Of a stretch of 64,000 bases of DNA, positions 47,222 to 56,231 are shown one piece after another (within the stretch, counting starts at the first letter, position 1; each line of letters begins with the position of its first letter). The stretch covers positions 1-64,000 of the IMG/VR virus record IMGVR_UViG_3300035701_000016; one strand, written 5' to 3'. The position numbers and the translations under genes were made by a program. The DNA comes from a virus. The notes beneath the pieces are model-generated. The model did no database searches and had not been told where the DNA came from. It saw nothing but the letters and a program-made list of their open reading frames with translations.

Positions 47222-48523
47222 CTACTCTGTTAATGCCTTCTTTATATCCTCAATCTTGGACTCGGTCATGCCAGTAGTAACGGATAGAAATAAATTATCG
47301 GTTGACATGAATTTCTCCCAGGTATCAATTCCTGTAAATTTCAACTTATCAACTGATTTCTTTCCTACTCCTTCTACATCACCTGGATTAATCGGATGAG
47401 CCACAATATCTTCCACCGGTTTTTCTACAGGTTTCAGAGGAGTCTCCTTGACATTGGATTGAGCAGGAACAGGAACAGGAGCGGGACTCGACATATGTCT
47501 TTCCTGAATCTCAAATAAAGGTTTCTGATACTGCATAAGATCCATGATTCCTGTGTTCTTGTTTGTACTCAGATCCCTGTTGTCAATATTTCCTAGATTC
47601 TTGCTCTTACTGAATGTATAAGCAGCTCCGGTAACAGCACCGAAGAAAGTTTGCTTTCCGTCATTCTCTCCCATGTATCTTACAAGAGTCATTCCCTGAG
47701 ATCCGGCTAACCTCATAGGAGAATTCGCATCATACGATGACGGATTGCTACCGGAACTATTTCTGCTTCTTGCTCTACCACCACAGCAACTCATACTAAA
47801 CCTCCCCGAATAAAGATCAGGAAATTCCTCACGCATTAGAAGATGAAATCTTTCCTGCCATTCTGGCGATGTGTTCGTCAGAGTTCTATTCTGTTTCTCT
47901 CTACGGTAGAGATAACCCGCACCTTCTATGTGCAAACCACAGCAACCGACTGATCCTAGTGCTACATTGAATGACCAGTCATCTCTACCAATTCCAAACT
48001 TTTCTCGATAACCGCCACAAAGTTCCCATGCTTTTCTGGGAAACATTATTCCTGAATGTATTATATTTCTCTCCAAAAGCATGTAAAAGTCATAGTCATG
48101 AAATTTCCATTCCTTCTCTACTCTTGCTCCATCATGAAATACTCTCATGTTGTCATAGATTAGATTGGTAGGATTTTTTGACTGTTCCTCATACATCCTT
48201 TCAAGAGACCACCATTCTCTCATGTCATCTGCATCTATTCTGGCTATAAATTCACATTGTGTATTCTGTATCGCCAGATTGCAGGCGGCAGCAGATCCCG
48301 AGTTTACTGGAGTTCTCAGATATTTTACTGAAGAATATTTCTTGACTATTTCCTCAGTATTGTCAGTTGAACAGTCGTCAACAACTATGACTTCCGTGGG
48401 TAACAGATTTTGTACCGGAAGATCACCCAGGGAAGATACCCCACCAAACAATGATGCAAACAAATCTGGAAGATAGATTGCATGATTGTATGACGGAACT
48501 ATAACGGCTAGGGACACATCCAT
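47222..48523 (-). CDS. GT2 glycosyltransferase fused to a C-terminal domain with HhH-like end
   Basis: VIVPSYN, VVDDCSTD, RIDADD, DDW; internal SD+ATG at 47794. Confidence 0.85.
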   Translation of the reverse strand: MDVSLAVIVPSYNHAIYLPDLFASLFGGVSSLGDLPVQNLLPTEVIVVDDCSTDNTEEIVKKYSSVKYLRTPVNSGSAAACNLAIQNTQCEFIARIDADDMREWWSLERMYEEQSKNPTNLIYDNMRVFHDGARVEKEWKFHDYDFYMLLERNIIHSGIMFPRKAWELCGGYREKFGIGRDDWSFNVALGSVGCCGLHIEGAGYLYRREKQNRTLTNTSPEWQERFHLLMREEFPDLYSGRFSMSCCGGRARSRNSSGSNPSSYDANSPMRLAGSQGMTLVRYMGENDGKQTFFGAVTGAAYTFSKSKNLGNIDNRDLSTNKNTGIMDLMQYQKPLFEIQERHMSSPAPVPVPAQSNVKETPLKPVEKPVEDIVAHPINPGDVEGVGKKSVDKLKFTGIDTWEKFMSTDNLFLSVTTGMTESKIEDIKKALTE

Positions 48524-48538
48524 GAGAAATTCCACCTT

Positions 48539-48567
48539 ATGAGTGGGATAACTAATATCCCACTCAT
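48539..48567. repeat. Inverted repeat after the capsid gene
   Basis: ATGAGTGGGATA-ACTAA-TATCCCACTCAT, extendable into the SD of the next gene. Confidence 0.65.
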
Positions 48568-48589
48568 ATAAGGAGGAGACTATGGAACT

Positions 48590-49951
48590 CTATGATCCTA
48601 ATCCGGCATAGTGATAATCCGGAGAATCTTCATCACACGTAATTGTGCAGAAGCTGGTCTCTGGATAGAAGCTGGTAGCCCAAGGATCAGGGCTCAGAAT
48701 CTTTCCGATAACATCGCAACCAACGTCCATAAATCTTGCTTGAGCCCAAGGAGCCCACATCAAGAGACGAGGTTGCATTTCAACTTCTCGGGAAACGCAG
48801 GTCTGAGTTCTGTTGAGCCAGGTGAGCAGACGACCGCCATCAGTATATGAGTACGCAGCTTCCGGATAACTGGCCGGAACACCGGTAAGATCAAGATACT
48901 GACCGGAGATGGTTTTGACGTTGCCAACTCTACCGGTAAGGACATATAGATCGCCATGTCCAGTGACGGCATTGATCATATTCCACTCATATGCTACGAG
49001 AGGAATTTCAAAACCGTCGATGAAGATCTTTCCGTCTCCAAACATACCGCCCATGATGGAGTCACGGAATCGACGACCTTCGTACGAATTCAGAGTAACG
49101 AGAAGATTACCGCTGCTGAAATCTCCAGGACAAACACTCCAGCAGGTGTAAGCATCCAAGAGGCATCGCAGAAGATGCTGAGGAGCCATAATGATGATAT
49201 CACCAACTGACAGAGGCTGTGCAGCCAGAGCAGGAGCCATGCGAATTCTGTCTTTAATCTGACGAACAACCGCGATCAGAACATCAACAAAACCGTAAGT
49301 ATTTCCTACCGGCTTACCGTTCCAAGTAATACCAGCACCGCCAGAAAAATCACGATCATTCCAGTCAATGACGATTGAATCCATTGACCGACAGTGATGT
49401 CCCTTTGAACTATGGTATCCAGTCTTTACCAGAGCCTGGAGTCCGTCGAATTGACCGGTAGTTAGAATACTACCATCAATTAGTTCACGTTTCAGATCCT
49501 GAAGAATGGCTTCGGTAGCAAGCCGCATATCAAACTCAACATCGCTGACGATGGGAGTACCGTCAAGACGATAACGAGGCTGGATCTCACAGAGTTTCAA
49601 ACCTGATCCGGTTCTGGTGGCATTTCGTTCTGGACCGTGACGCCTCAGAAGACCGAAGTCCTCCAGAGTAAAGTCGCAGAAACCCCACTCTACACCATTG
49701 GATTCACCGCACGGATCTGCAATATAGCCGTGTGAACGACCATGCTGAGCAGTTTCCTCTGGCCGGATCCAGGTAATGAAATTCTTTTTGATGATACAAA
49801 CGTTGGTTCTTTCCCATCCTATCCAGTCCATAAACTTGCTGGTTCCCTCGAATGAGAGACTCATCAGGTCCTGGTCTGAGCAGAGATCGAAAAGACCGCA
49901 GCAACCATAGATGGTTGGCAGGGTAGATAAGGTGGTGATTTCGTCGGTCAT
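48590..49951 (-). CDS. Major capsid protein
   Basis: Follows protease/scaffold; GQFDGL motif; SD AGAGGAG before ATG 49951. Confidence 0.75.
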   Translation of the reverse strand: MTDEITTLSTLPTIYGCCGLFDLCSDQDLMSLSFEGTSKFMDWIGWERTNVCIIKKNFITWIRPEETAQHGRSHGYIADPCGESNGVEWGFCDFTLEDFGLLRRHGPERNATRTGSGLKLCEIQPRYRLDGTPIVSDVEFDMRLATEAILQDLKRELIDGSILTTGQFDGLQALVKTGYHSSKGHHCRSMDSIVIDWNDRDFSGGAGITWNGKPVGNTYGFVDVLIAVVRQIKDRIRMAPALAAQPLSVGDIIIMAPQHLLRCLLDAYTCWSVCPGDFSSGNLLVTLNSYEGRRFRDSIMGGMFGDGKIFIDGFEIPLVAYEWNMINAVTGHGDLYVLTGRVGNVKTISGQYLDLTGVPASYPEAAYSYTDGGRLLTWLNRTQTCVSREVEMQPRLLMWAPWAQARFMDVGCDVIGKILSPDPWATSFYPETSFCTITCDEDSPDYHYAGLGS

Positions 49952-50003
49952 TGGTTCTCCTCTACTATTTAAATAAGCACGATTAATTGGTTTCATAGCA
50001 AAC

Positions 50004-51389
50004 CTACTTTATTCTTGACAGGGTATCTTCTGCAATATCATTAAGAGCAGGTTTCTCACCATCATCAGATGTCAATACTGCCGTTCCTGTTTGACGAGGA
50101 CGATACTGAACTCTGGTAACGGGACGACGTGGCATATCATTTTCTACTTCTTTCTTATCCTGTTCCTGAGTTTTCTTGATCTGATCAACAGTTTCGTTGA
50201 ACTTGTTACTAGCAGCTTGACTGGCAGCTCTGAAATCATTGAACTCTTGGTGAAGATCATTCATCATCTTGAGTGCATCATTGAACTGCTCAATCAACGG
50301 AGCAAGTGCCGCAGTAATCTTTCCAGTAACGTCAGCTTTCTCAACTACAGCTGAAACTACTTCCTCATCAATAATCACCGAGTGTTCTTCTTGAACCGGT
50401 TCTACAACCTGCTCAACAATAGGTTCGGTGGGAGGAGTAACGGATTCGATAGCAGCAGGAGCCGGTGTCTCTGTGGCAGTCCTTCTCACCATATCCTGCT
50501 GGATAATCTCATCATTGACTCCGTCGGCCAGGGCAATGAATCGATCAGCCAATTCCGTGTCATCTCCTGCTAACTTTTTGATTGCATCCTTTACTCTTTG
50601 ATCCATATTGATAATCCTCTCTTTTGACTGAAGTGCAGTCAATATACAACAAGCGATTTCTTTCGGAGCTATAGTTATTTCTTCAAATTCTCCATCTGTA
50701 TAGACGGGAACTACCACATCTTTAGCAATTTCTTCCATATGACCTTCAAGAGGCCAGAATGAAATGGAAGCTCCCCAATAATTAGGATCTGCAGCATAAG
50801 CTCTCTGCATGGCATCTCCTAACTCTGAATTATCATACATACCAGATGCTAACAGAACGAATCCATCCCTGGCAACCCAATCAACCGTTCCCATCTTCAG
50901 ATTGTGTTGATGACAGAAGGCAAGATAGGGAAGTTTTTTATCTTCTTCTGTATGACGAATTAGGTTATCATACAACTGAGTAGAGTCAATTGCCCCGTTT
51001 CTGTTAATCACGGCAGTAGATGAAATCATGAACCATCTTGAGCTGCCGTCTTCCATACGTTTGACCATGAATCTGTTTGCCACTGGTTGGAAGACCTCTT
51101 GTACCTGAATAAATGCCCCTATCGTTATTCCAGACGGATCGACAAGGACATCTGCTTTGTACAGAAGACCATCTTTGGCTACTACGCAGTATATCTGCTT
51201 AGTAGAATCATCAACGTAGGCATCAATCAACCAATACCATTCATCCATTTCTTGAAGTTTGGATGAAATTTGCTGATAAATCATGGGCATACTGATTTGT
51301 TCCTGAGGACGAATACTTTTCCAGATCTCGTTGAGAGATCTTTTTATGAACAAACTAAGCTTCGTAAATATTTCCATGTCCTTATCCAT
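50004..51389 (-). CDS. Prohead protease-scaffold fusion
   Basis: NRNGAID, FCHQH..MG, GASISF, EEITI; acidic coiled-coil C-terminus. Confidence 0.7.
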   Translation of the reverse strand: MDKDMEIFTKLSLFIKRSLNEIWKSIRPQEQISMPMIYQQISSKLQEMDEWYWLIDAYVDDSTKQIYCVVAKDGLLYKADVLVDPSGITIGAFIQVQEVFQPVANRFMVKRMEDGSSRWFMISSTAVINRNGAIDSTQLYDNLIRHTEEDKKLPYLAFCHQHNLKMGTVDWVARDGFVLLASGMYDNSELGDAMQRAYAADPNYWGASISFWPLEGHMEEIAKDVVVPVYTDGEFEEITIAPKEIACCILTALQSKERIINMDQRVKDAIKKLAGDDTELADRFIALADGVNDEIIQQDMVRRTATETPAPAAIESVTPPTEPIVEQVVEPVQEEHSVIIDEEVVSAVVEKADVTGKITAALAPLIEQFNDALKMMNDLHQEFNDFRAASQAASNKFNETVDQIKKTQEQDKKEVENDMPRRPVTRVQYRPRQTGTAVLTSDDGEKPALNDIAEDTLSRIK

Positions 51390-51412
51390 AGTTTACTCCT
51401 ATTTATACCTAC

Positions 51413-51441
51413 ATTATACCACTTCAGTATGATACAGACTA
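51413..51441 (-). promoter_or_regulatory. Promoter upstream of the head/tail operon
   Basis: TAGTCT-17nt-TATAAT with extended TG. Confidence 0.55.
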
Positions 51442-51443
51442 GC

Positions 51444-53156
51444 TCAACTTTTTTCCTTTTTGTATTCGTCTATCATGATCTGAAGTTCCTCGACCCTTCT
51501 CTTGAAGGAATGATTATCATCCGTAAATCTTTTTCCTTGTCTTGCTATTATTTCTCGCTCTCTTTCTTTGGGAAGCCACTCTCTGATCTTTTCACCCAGA
51601 TCATCAAAATCTTCCCATACTACCAGATGAACTCCATCTTCAAAACCCATGAAATATTCCATTCCTTCTATCTTTTGTTGGAATACAAAAGCTCCTGCAT
51701 GAAGCATTTGGAATAATCTATTAGACACATAACCTATCGATTTTGGAAATAAATTGTCACCTATAGCAATCTTGGAAGAACGGTAGAGAACGTCTCCTGC
51801 AGAGAAGTCATATATGGTATTTCCGTCTGATCCTATATGAGAAGGCCACTGACCGAATAGACCTACCTTCAGATCCTTTTGTCTTCTCAACAATTCAGCC
51901 ATCTTCTGTCTTCTAGGGTCATAACAATTCCCTAAAAATACAATGTCATATCTGTTCTTATTTATTTCTGAATCGGGAACCCTATTGTAATCCTCATATC
52001 CTATCTGCCAGTATTTATAGTTGATGCCATAATCGACATAATCTTTGGCTATGTCGCCTATGGCAAATGATGCAAGATCGAACATTTTGCATATTTCTTT
52101 GTACTCTTTAGATCCATGAACATTCTCATGATAATCACCGCTCCATGACATGAATATTGTATTCTTATATTCATCTTTCATTCTCATCATGAAGTCATAA
52201 GTAAATATCTTGGGATGTTGGAATTGAACCAAGCAAATATCAGGATTGAAATTATCAATATCATATTCCAATAAATCCAAATGACCCTGATAATTTATTT
52301 CAGATACCAAATATTTCTCTGACAAAGCTTTTCTCAATCCAATCTTGGTTTTTAGCTGATGAGGAAATACTTTATCTTCGTACAGTGGAGCATAGGTAAT
52401 TCTTGGAATTCTTTTGCATGGATTGGTAACGGTAGGAGAAAACTTGATGACTGGACCCAGAACACCATTCCTTGTCCATTTATTTCTCCACTTAGCAGAA
52501 TCAGGATGACCTCCGGTAAGATGGTCAACAGGATTATTTAATTTTCTAAGGTCGTCATCTATCTGGAAATCATTAATACAAGCGCAAGGAATTCCTTCAA
52601 CCTTAAATCCCATCTCTAGAACCTGACAGCTTAAATCTGAATCTCCACCATAGGATACATAATCATTCCATCCGCCACATTTTGTGAGTAACCATCTTGG
52701 AATGATACATACTTGACCATATACTGTAGAAACCTTCTTACCGTTCCTAATAGCTGGCATACTGTCAAGGGTATATTCAGCAGAATGTCTATTTTGATAG
52801 AAACAACCAATTCCTACATCCAGATGATCGTCCATGTAGGCTATGGCAAGTCTTATCCCCTCAAATCTGAACTCAACATCGTCATTCGGCATAATGACAT
52901 ATTTGCCCCTTGACCTATTGAATCCAACATTATATGCCTGAATTAGTCCTAACAAAGCACCCTGCTCTATTAGAACTATGTCATCTTGTTCTCTCATCCA
53001 CTCCAAACTTCCGTCATTGCTTCCACCATCTACCATAACAATCTCGTACGGTATTCCTATACCGACGGATGATCTAACACTATAGATCATTCTCTTAAGA
53101 GATTCAAATCTGTTATATGTTCCTGATACTATTGACACGTATGGATTTTCAATCAT
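51444..53156 (-). CDS. Bifunctional glycosyltransferase (GT2 + GT-B CgeB/Glyco_trans_1_2-like)
   Basis: VDGGSNDGS, NDD, GDSDL; YDIVFLGN, YRSSKIAIG, SNRLFQ. Confidence 0.88.
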   Translation of the reverse strand: MIENPYVSIVSGTYNRFESLKRMIYSVRSSVGIGIPYEIVMVDGGSNDGSLEWMREQDDIVLIEQGALLGLIQAYNVGFNRSRGKYVIMPNDDVEFRFEGIRLAIAYMDDHLDVGIGCFYQNRHSAEYTLDSMPAIRNGKKVSTVYGQVCIIPRWLLTKCGGWNDYVSYGGDSDLSCQVLEMGFKVEGIPCACINDFQIDDDLRKLNNPVDHLTGGHPDSAKWRNKWTRNGVLGPVIKFSPTVTNPCKRIPRITYAPLYEDKVFPHQLKTKIGLRKALSEKYLVSEINYQGHLDLLEYDIDNFNPDICLVQFQHPKIFTYDFMMRMKDEYKNTIFMSWSGDYHENVHGSKEYKEICKMFDLASFAIGDIAKDYVDYGINYKYWQIGYEDYNRVPDSEINKNRYDIVFLGNCYDPRRQKMAELLRRQKDLKVGLFGQWPSHIGSDGNTIYDFSAGDVLYRSSKIAIGDNLFPKSIGYVSNRLFQMLHAGAFVFQQKIEGMEYFMGFEDGVHLVVWEDFDDLGEKIREWLPKEREREIIARQGKRFTDDNHSFKRRVEELQIMIDEYKKEKS

Positions 53157-53926
53157 GGAAGCTCCCTCTCTTCATCATGCTTAGGTCCGGTAAGAAAATC
53201 ACGATATCTTGTAGTAAGAATTGGAATATTTTTGACCCAACTTTCCTGTGCTATATTCCCACTATTGGTTCTGTGAGAAGTACCCCACTCCCATCTTGAG
53301 AAATTTGGAAGACAATACAAACCTGACAACCAACCATGATTAATATATCCCTTTATGCACAAATCAACTTCCTCAGTATTTAGTGGAGCATATATCTCGT
53401 CAAAATAACCCAAAGTTTCCACCATGCTATGTCTCCACATCAAAGGTCCACGATTTACTGCATCTTTTATGTAGAATATATTTCTCTCGGCATCTTGTCT
53501 TTCAATCAATGATTTTCTCCATCCTATCATACCGTTATCTTCCAAATAGAAATTGAAACATGCCTGAGCAGATACGGCAAGAACTTCACTCCATCTAATG
53601 AATGGTTTAAGTAATCTTTCATCAAAATTTTCCTCCACAGCAATCATATCATCTTGCATGTTGAGTATGAACGGTTCTCTGCATACCCTGTATCCAAGAT
53701 TGCACGCTTTATTCTCGAAAACTCCGTTGGATACTAAGATATTGTAATTGAATTTCTTTTCCGTAGATTCTATGAATTCCCCGGTAATTTCCTGAGATCT
53801 ATCCGTACATCCGTCAAATACTATAACTAATTCTTTAACCAATGGAGAACAGTTATAGTATATTCCATTAAGAACATTTAAAATAATGTCCTCATGATTG
53901 AAAACTGTTAGAACAATGCTAATCAT
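53153..53926 (-). CDS. GT2 glycosyltransferase
   Basis: ISIVLTVFN, FDGCTDRS, MQDD, GYFDE, EEVDL. Confidence 0.88.
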   Translation of the reverse strand: MISIVLTVFNHEDIILNVLNGIYYNCSPLVKELVIVFDGCTDRSQEITGEFIESTEKKFNYNILVSNGVFENKACNLGYRVCREPFILNMQDDMIAVEENFDERLLKPFIRWSEVLAVSAQACFNFYLEDNGMIGWRKSLIERQDAERNIFYIKDAVNRGPLMWRHSMVETLGYFDEIYAPLNTEEVDLCIKGYINHGWLSGLYCLPNFSRWEWGTSHRTNSGNIAQESWVKNIPILTTRYRDFLTGPKHDEERELP

Positions 53927-54554
53927 AGATAGTGTTTGCCAAGAGAGCATCTCCGCAGACGCCCCCAGGATAGTCCTCTACCACTCTAAATGACGGTAGT
54001 AGCTCAAGAATTCTAGGGAGGGTACAGAATCCTTTGTATAGCTCAACATTCTCATATTCCGTGAAGAAACCCTTTACCTTGGTTCTGAATATCTCGAGAC
54101 CTCCCATAATCATACGTTCTTCAGCCCCTTGTATGTCAGACCATACAAAGTCTATCACGTCAATTCTATGCAAAGCACAAAATGTGTCCAATCGTATAGT
54201 TGGAACTACATATTCTTCAACAAATGGAATCTGATCGAATACAGTTTTATGCAGCATGGGAACTTGAATAGATCCGGAAGCATCTCCATATCTATTAGGA
54301 TTGGAAGATAATCCACCTGCAACATAAAAAGTAGCTTCACCATCCTCATCAGATATTGCTCCCTCGAATAGTGTAGCTTTAAGATTTAGAGCTCTAATCT
54401 TTTTTATGTTCTCTCTATCAGGCTCGAATAGATACAAATGAACATTAGGCCACATAAGGGAGAAATGTTGTGAATCCTCACCATAATGAGAACCAGCTTC
54501 TACTATGGTAGGATCTGATCTCTTTACAAATTGACGAATCAAATCTTTGTTCAT
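53919..54554 (-). CDS. FkbM-family methyltransferase
   Basis: IVEAGSHYG, FEP, RLDTF, DIQGAE. Confidence 0.88.
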   Translation of the reverse strand: MNKDLIRQFVKRSDPTIVEAGSHYGEDSQHFSLMWPNVHLYLFEPDRENIKKIRALNLKATLFEGAISDEDGEATFYVAGGLSSNPNRYGDASGSIQVPMLHKTVFDQIPFVEEYVVPTIRLDTFCALHRIDVIDFVWSDIQGAEERMIMGGLEIFRTKVKGFFTEYENVELYKGFCTLPRILELLPSFRVVEDYPGGVCGDALLANTIYD

Positions 54555-55192
54555 AGTTTATCCGTTATGTAGATGGCATTCACTCCATCATTTTGAATCA
54601 TATCGTACAAATGAGATTTAGTCCAATTTGTAATCCAATCAAAATTGAATGCAGATTCAATGATCATCATCTTTGGTCTCCAGATATCTGCATTGAATCC
54701 CGAAAGAACAGAAGGTTCACCACCCTCAACATCTATAACGATTAGATCCAGATTGGCTGGAACTTTATGCTGACAAAGTATGGTATCCAATTTCATACCA
54801 TAAGCCTCTATAAATTTTTCTGGAGAATATTTCCAACCCCATCCTCTGGCAAGTTCATTGGCAGCTATACTTTCATTCAGAGTGCAAGCATCATAGAAAT
54901 CTGCGTCACTAAGCCAGAGTTTCACCATTCCTTCGTGATCGGTAGCGGCACATTCAAGAACGATAACTTTATTATTCTTGTGCATTTCTTTGCAATCTTC
55001 CGCCAACTGATGTATGGGCTCAATATAGATACCGTTCCAACCAGCCTCAGCCAATCCCCAAGTATTAGACCAGTTGAAACCATTATGAGCTCCGATCTCC
55101 ACGAAATATCCATCAACCTTATCATTGAAATATTTCGTGTAGAGTTCAAAAAGATTCGTTATCTGACAATCTTTGGCAGATTTATAGCTCAT
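54551..55192 (-). CDS. FkbM-family methyltransferase
   Basis: FVEIGAHNG...SNT, GWNGIYIEP, IDVEGGE. Confidence 0.88.
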   Translation of the reverse strand: MSYKSAKDCQITNLFELYTKYFNDKVDGYFVEIGAHNGFNWSNTWGLAEAGWNGIYIEPIHQLAEDCKEMHKNNKVIVLECAATDHEGMVKLWLSDADFYDACTLNESIAANELARGWGWKYSPEKFIEAYGMKLDTILCQHKVPANLDLIVIDVEGGEPSVLSGFNADIWRPKMMIIESAFNFDWITNWTKSHLYDMIQNDGVNAIYITDKL

Positions 55193-55722
55193 AGCAGATC
55201 CTCACGGTAGGCAACAAATAGATCTCTGGGCTCGGCATGTTCGTTATTCTCCAGAATAATTTTGAACAGTGGATCGATTTCATGGACAGCTTCTATGATA
55301 TCGTCTACCGTAACATCTACCCAATGTTGAAATCCCATCAGACGCATATCATCTGCAAGAATTGTTACTGGAAATCTATGGAGATCTCTGATTGCTCCTA
55401 TCTCTTCAAGTATAGGAGTACCGGCAGTCCAATGTCCCTCATGAGCATCTAACCAGAACATAGTAGGATACTCTAGATAAGGAATTAGCTCCATTAGAAC
55501 TGAAACAGAATCTCCGGTCAGAAGAGTTACCTGGGGATAATCTTTCAATCTATCCAGGGCAAATTGATGCCATTCTGTACTGATATCGATAGAGTAGATT
55601 GTGTCAAATCCTGCATCAACGGCGGTTTGTACCGTATTTCCGGTCTCTGTTCCAGTTTCCACAAAAATCTTGGACTGCCCTTTATATTTCAACAAAATAT
55701 CCAGAGGAAGACTTGCTGACAT
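55189..55722 (-). CDS. Class I SAM-dependent methyltransferase-like protein
   Basis: FVETGTETG, GDS, FWLDAH, ADDMR. Confidence 0.78.
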   Translation of the reverse strand: MSASLPLDILLKYKGQSKIFVETGTETGNTVQTAVDAGFDTIYSIDISTEWHQFALDRLKDYPQVTLLTGDSVSVLMELIPYLEYPTMFWLDAHEGHWTAGTPILEEIGAIRDLHRFPVTILADDMRLMGFQHWVDVTVDDIIEAVHEIDPLFKIILENNEHAEPRDLFVAYREDLL

Positions 55723-55734
55723 TTTATTTCTCCC

Positions 55735-55767
55735 CGTACTGGTCGGCCTGGATAGACCGACCAGTAC
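55735..55767. repeat. 11-bp inverted repeat
   Basis: GTACTGGTCGG/CCGACCAGTAC. Confidence 0.6.
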
Positions 55768-55778
55768 ATATATCCCGA

Positions 55779-56105
55779 CTAAACCGGAGGTTCCACCGGA
55801 GGAGGAACAGGATTGGCTAAAACAGCAGCCTGAATAGCGGCACTTTTCTTATCCAGATCGTCAGCAAGTTTCAGCATCAAGATAGGATCGTAGGCATTGT
55901 TCTTGATGTAAATTGACAGATCTGTAACGAGAGTGATGATACTATCAGCAGCACCCTCAATTGCCGTAACACGAGTAACTAGAAGATCTACTTCACCAGC
56001 CATTTTTCTAATCTCCTTTGCCATAAAAGAAATATTGGTTTCAATTCGATCCAATTCATTGAGGATCTTACGAATCTTTTCGTACAACCATATTTTCATC
56101 ATCAC
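55779..56105 (-). CDS. Hypothetical coiled-coil protein
   Basis: SD GGAGG; second possible start at 56003. Confidence 0.7.
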   Translation of the reverse strand: MMMKIWLYEKIRKILNELDRIETNISFMAKEIRKMAGEVDLLVTRVTAIEGAADSIITLVTDLSIYIKNNAYDPILMLKLADDLDKKSAAIQAAVLANPVPPPVEPPV

Positions 56106-56112
56106 CTCCTGT

Positions 56113-56229
56113 TCAATCAGGTTCTACATTATCATCCTCAAACTGATCATCACCACAGTAATCATCATTCTCGGAGTCTACGGTAGAACACTCGTCAAGA
56201 TCAGTCTGGGAAGAATCATTCGGACCCAT
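56113..56229 (-). CDS. Small highly acidic peptide (38 aa)
   Basis: SD GGAG; MGPNDSSQTDLDECSTVDSENDDYCGDDQFEDDNVEPD; fills the gap in the operon. Confidence 0.55.
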   Translation of the reverse strand: MGPNDSSQTDLDECSTVDSENDDYCGDDQFEDDNVEPD

Positions 56230-56231
56230 AG

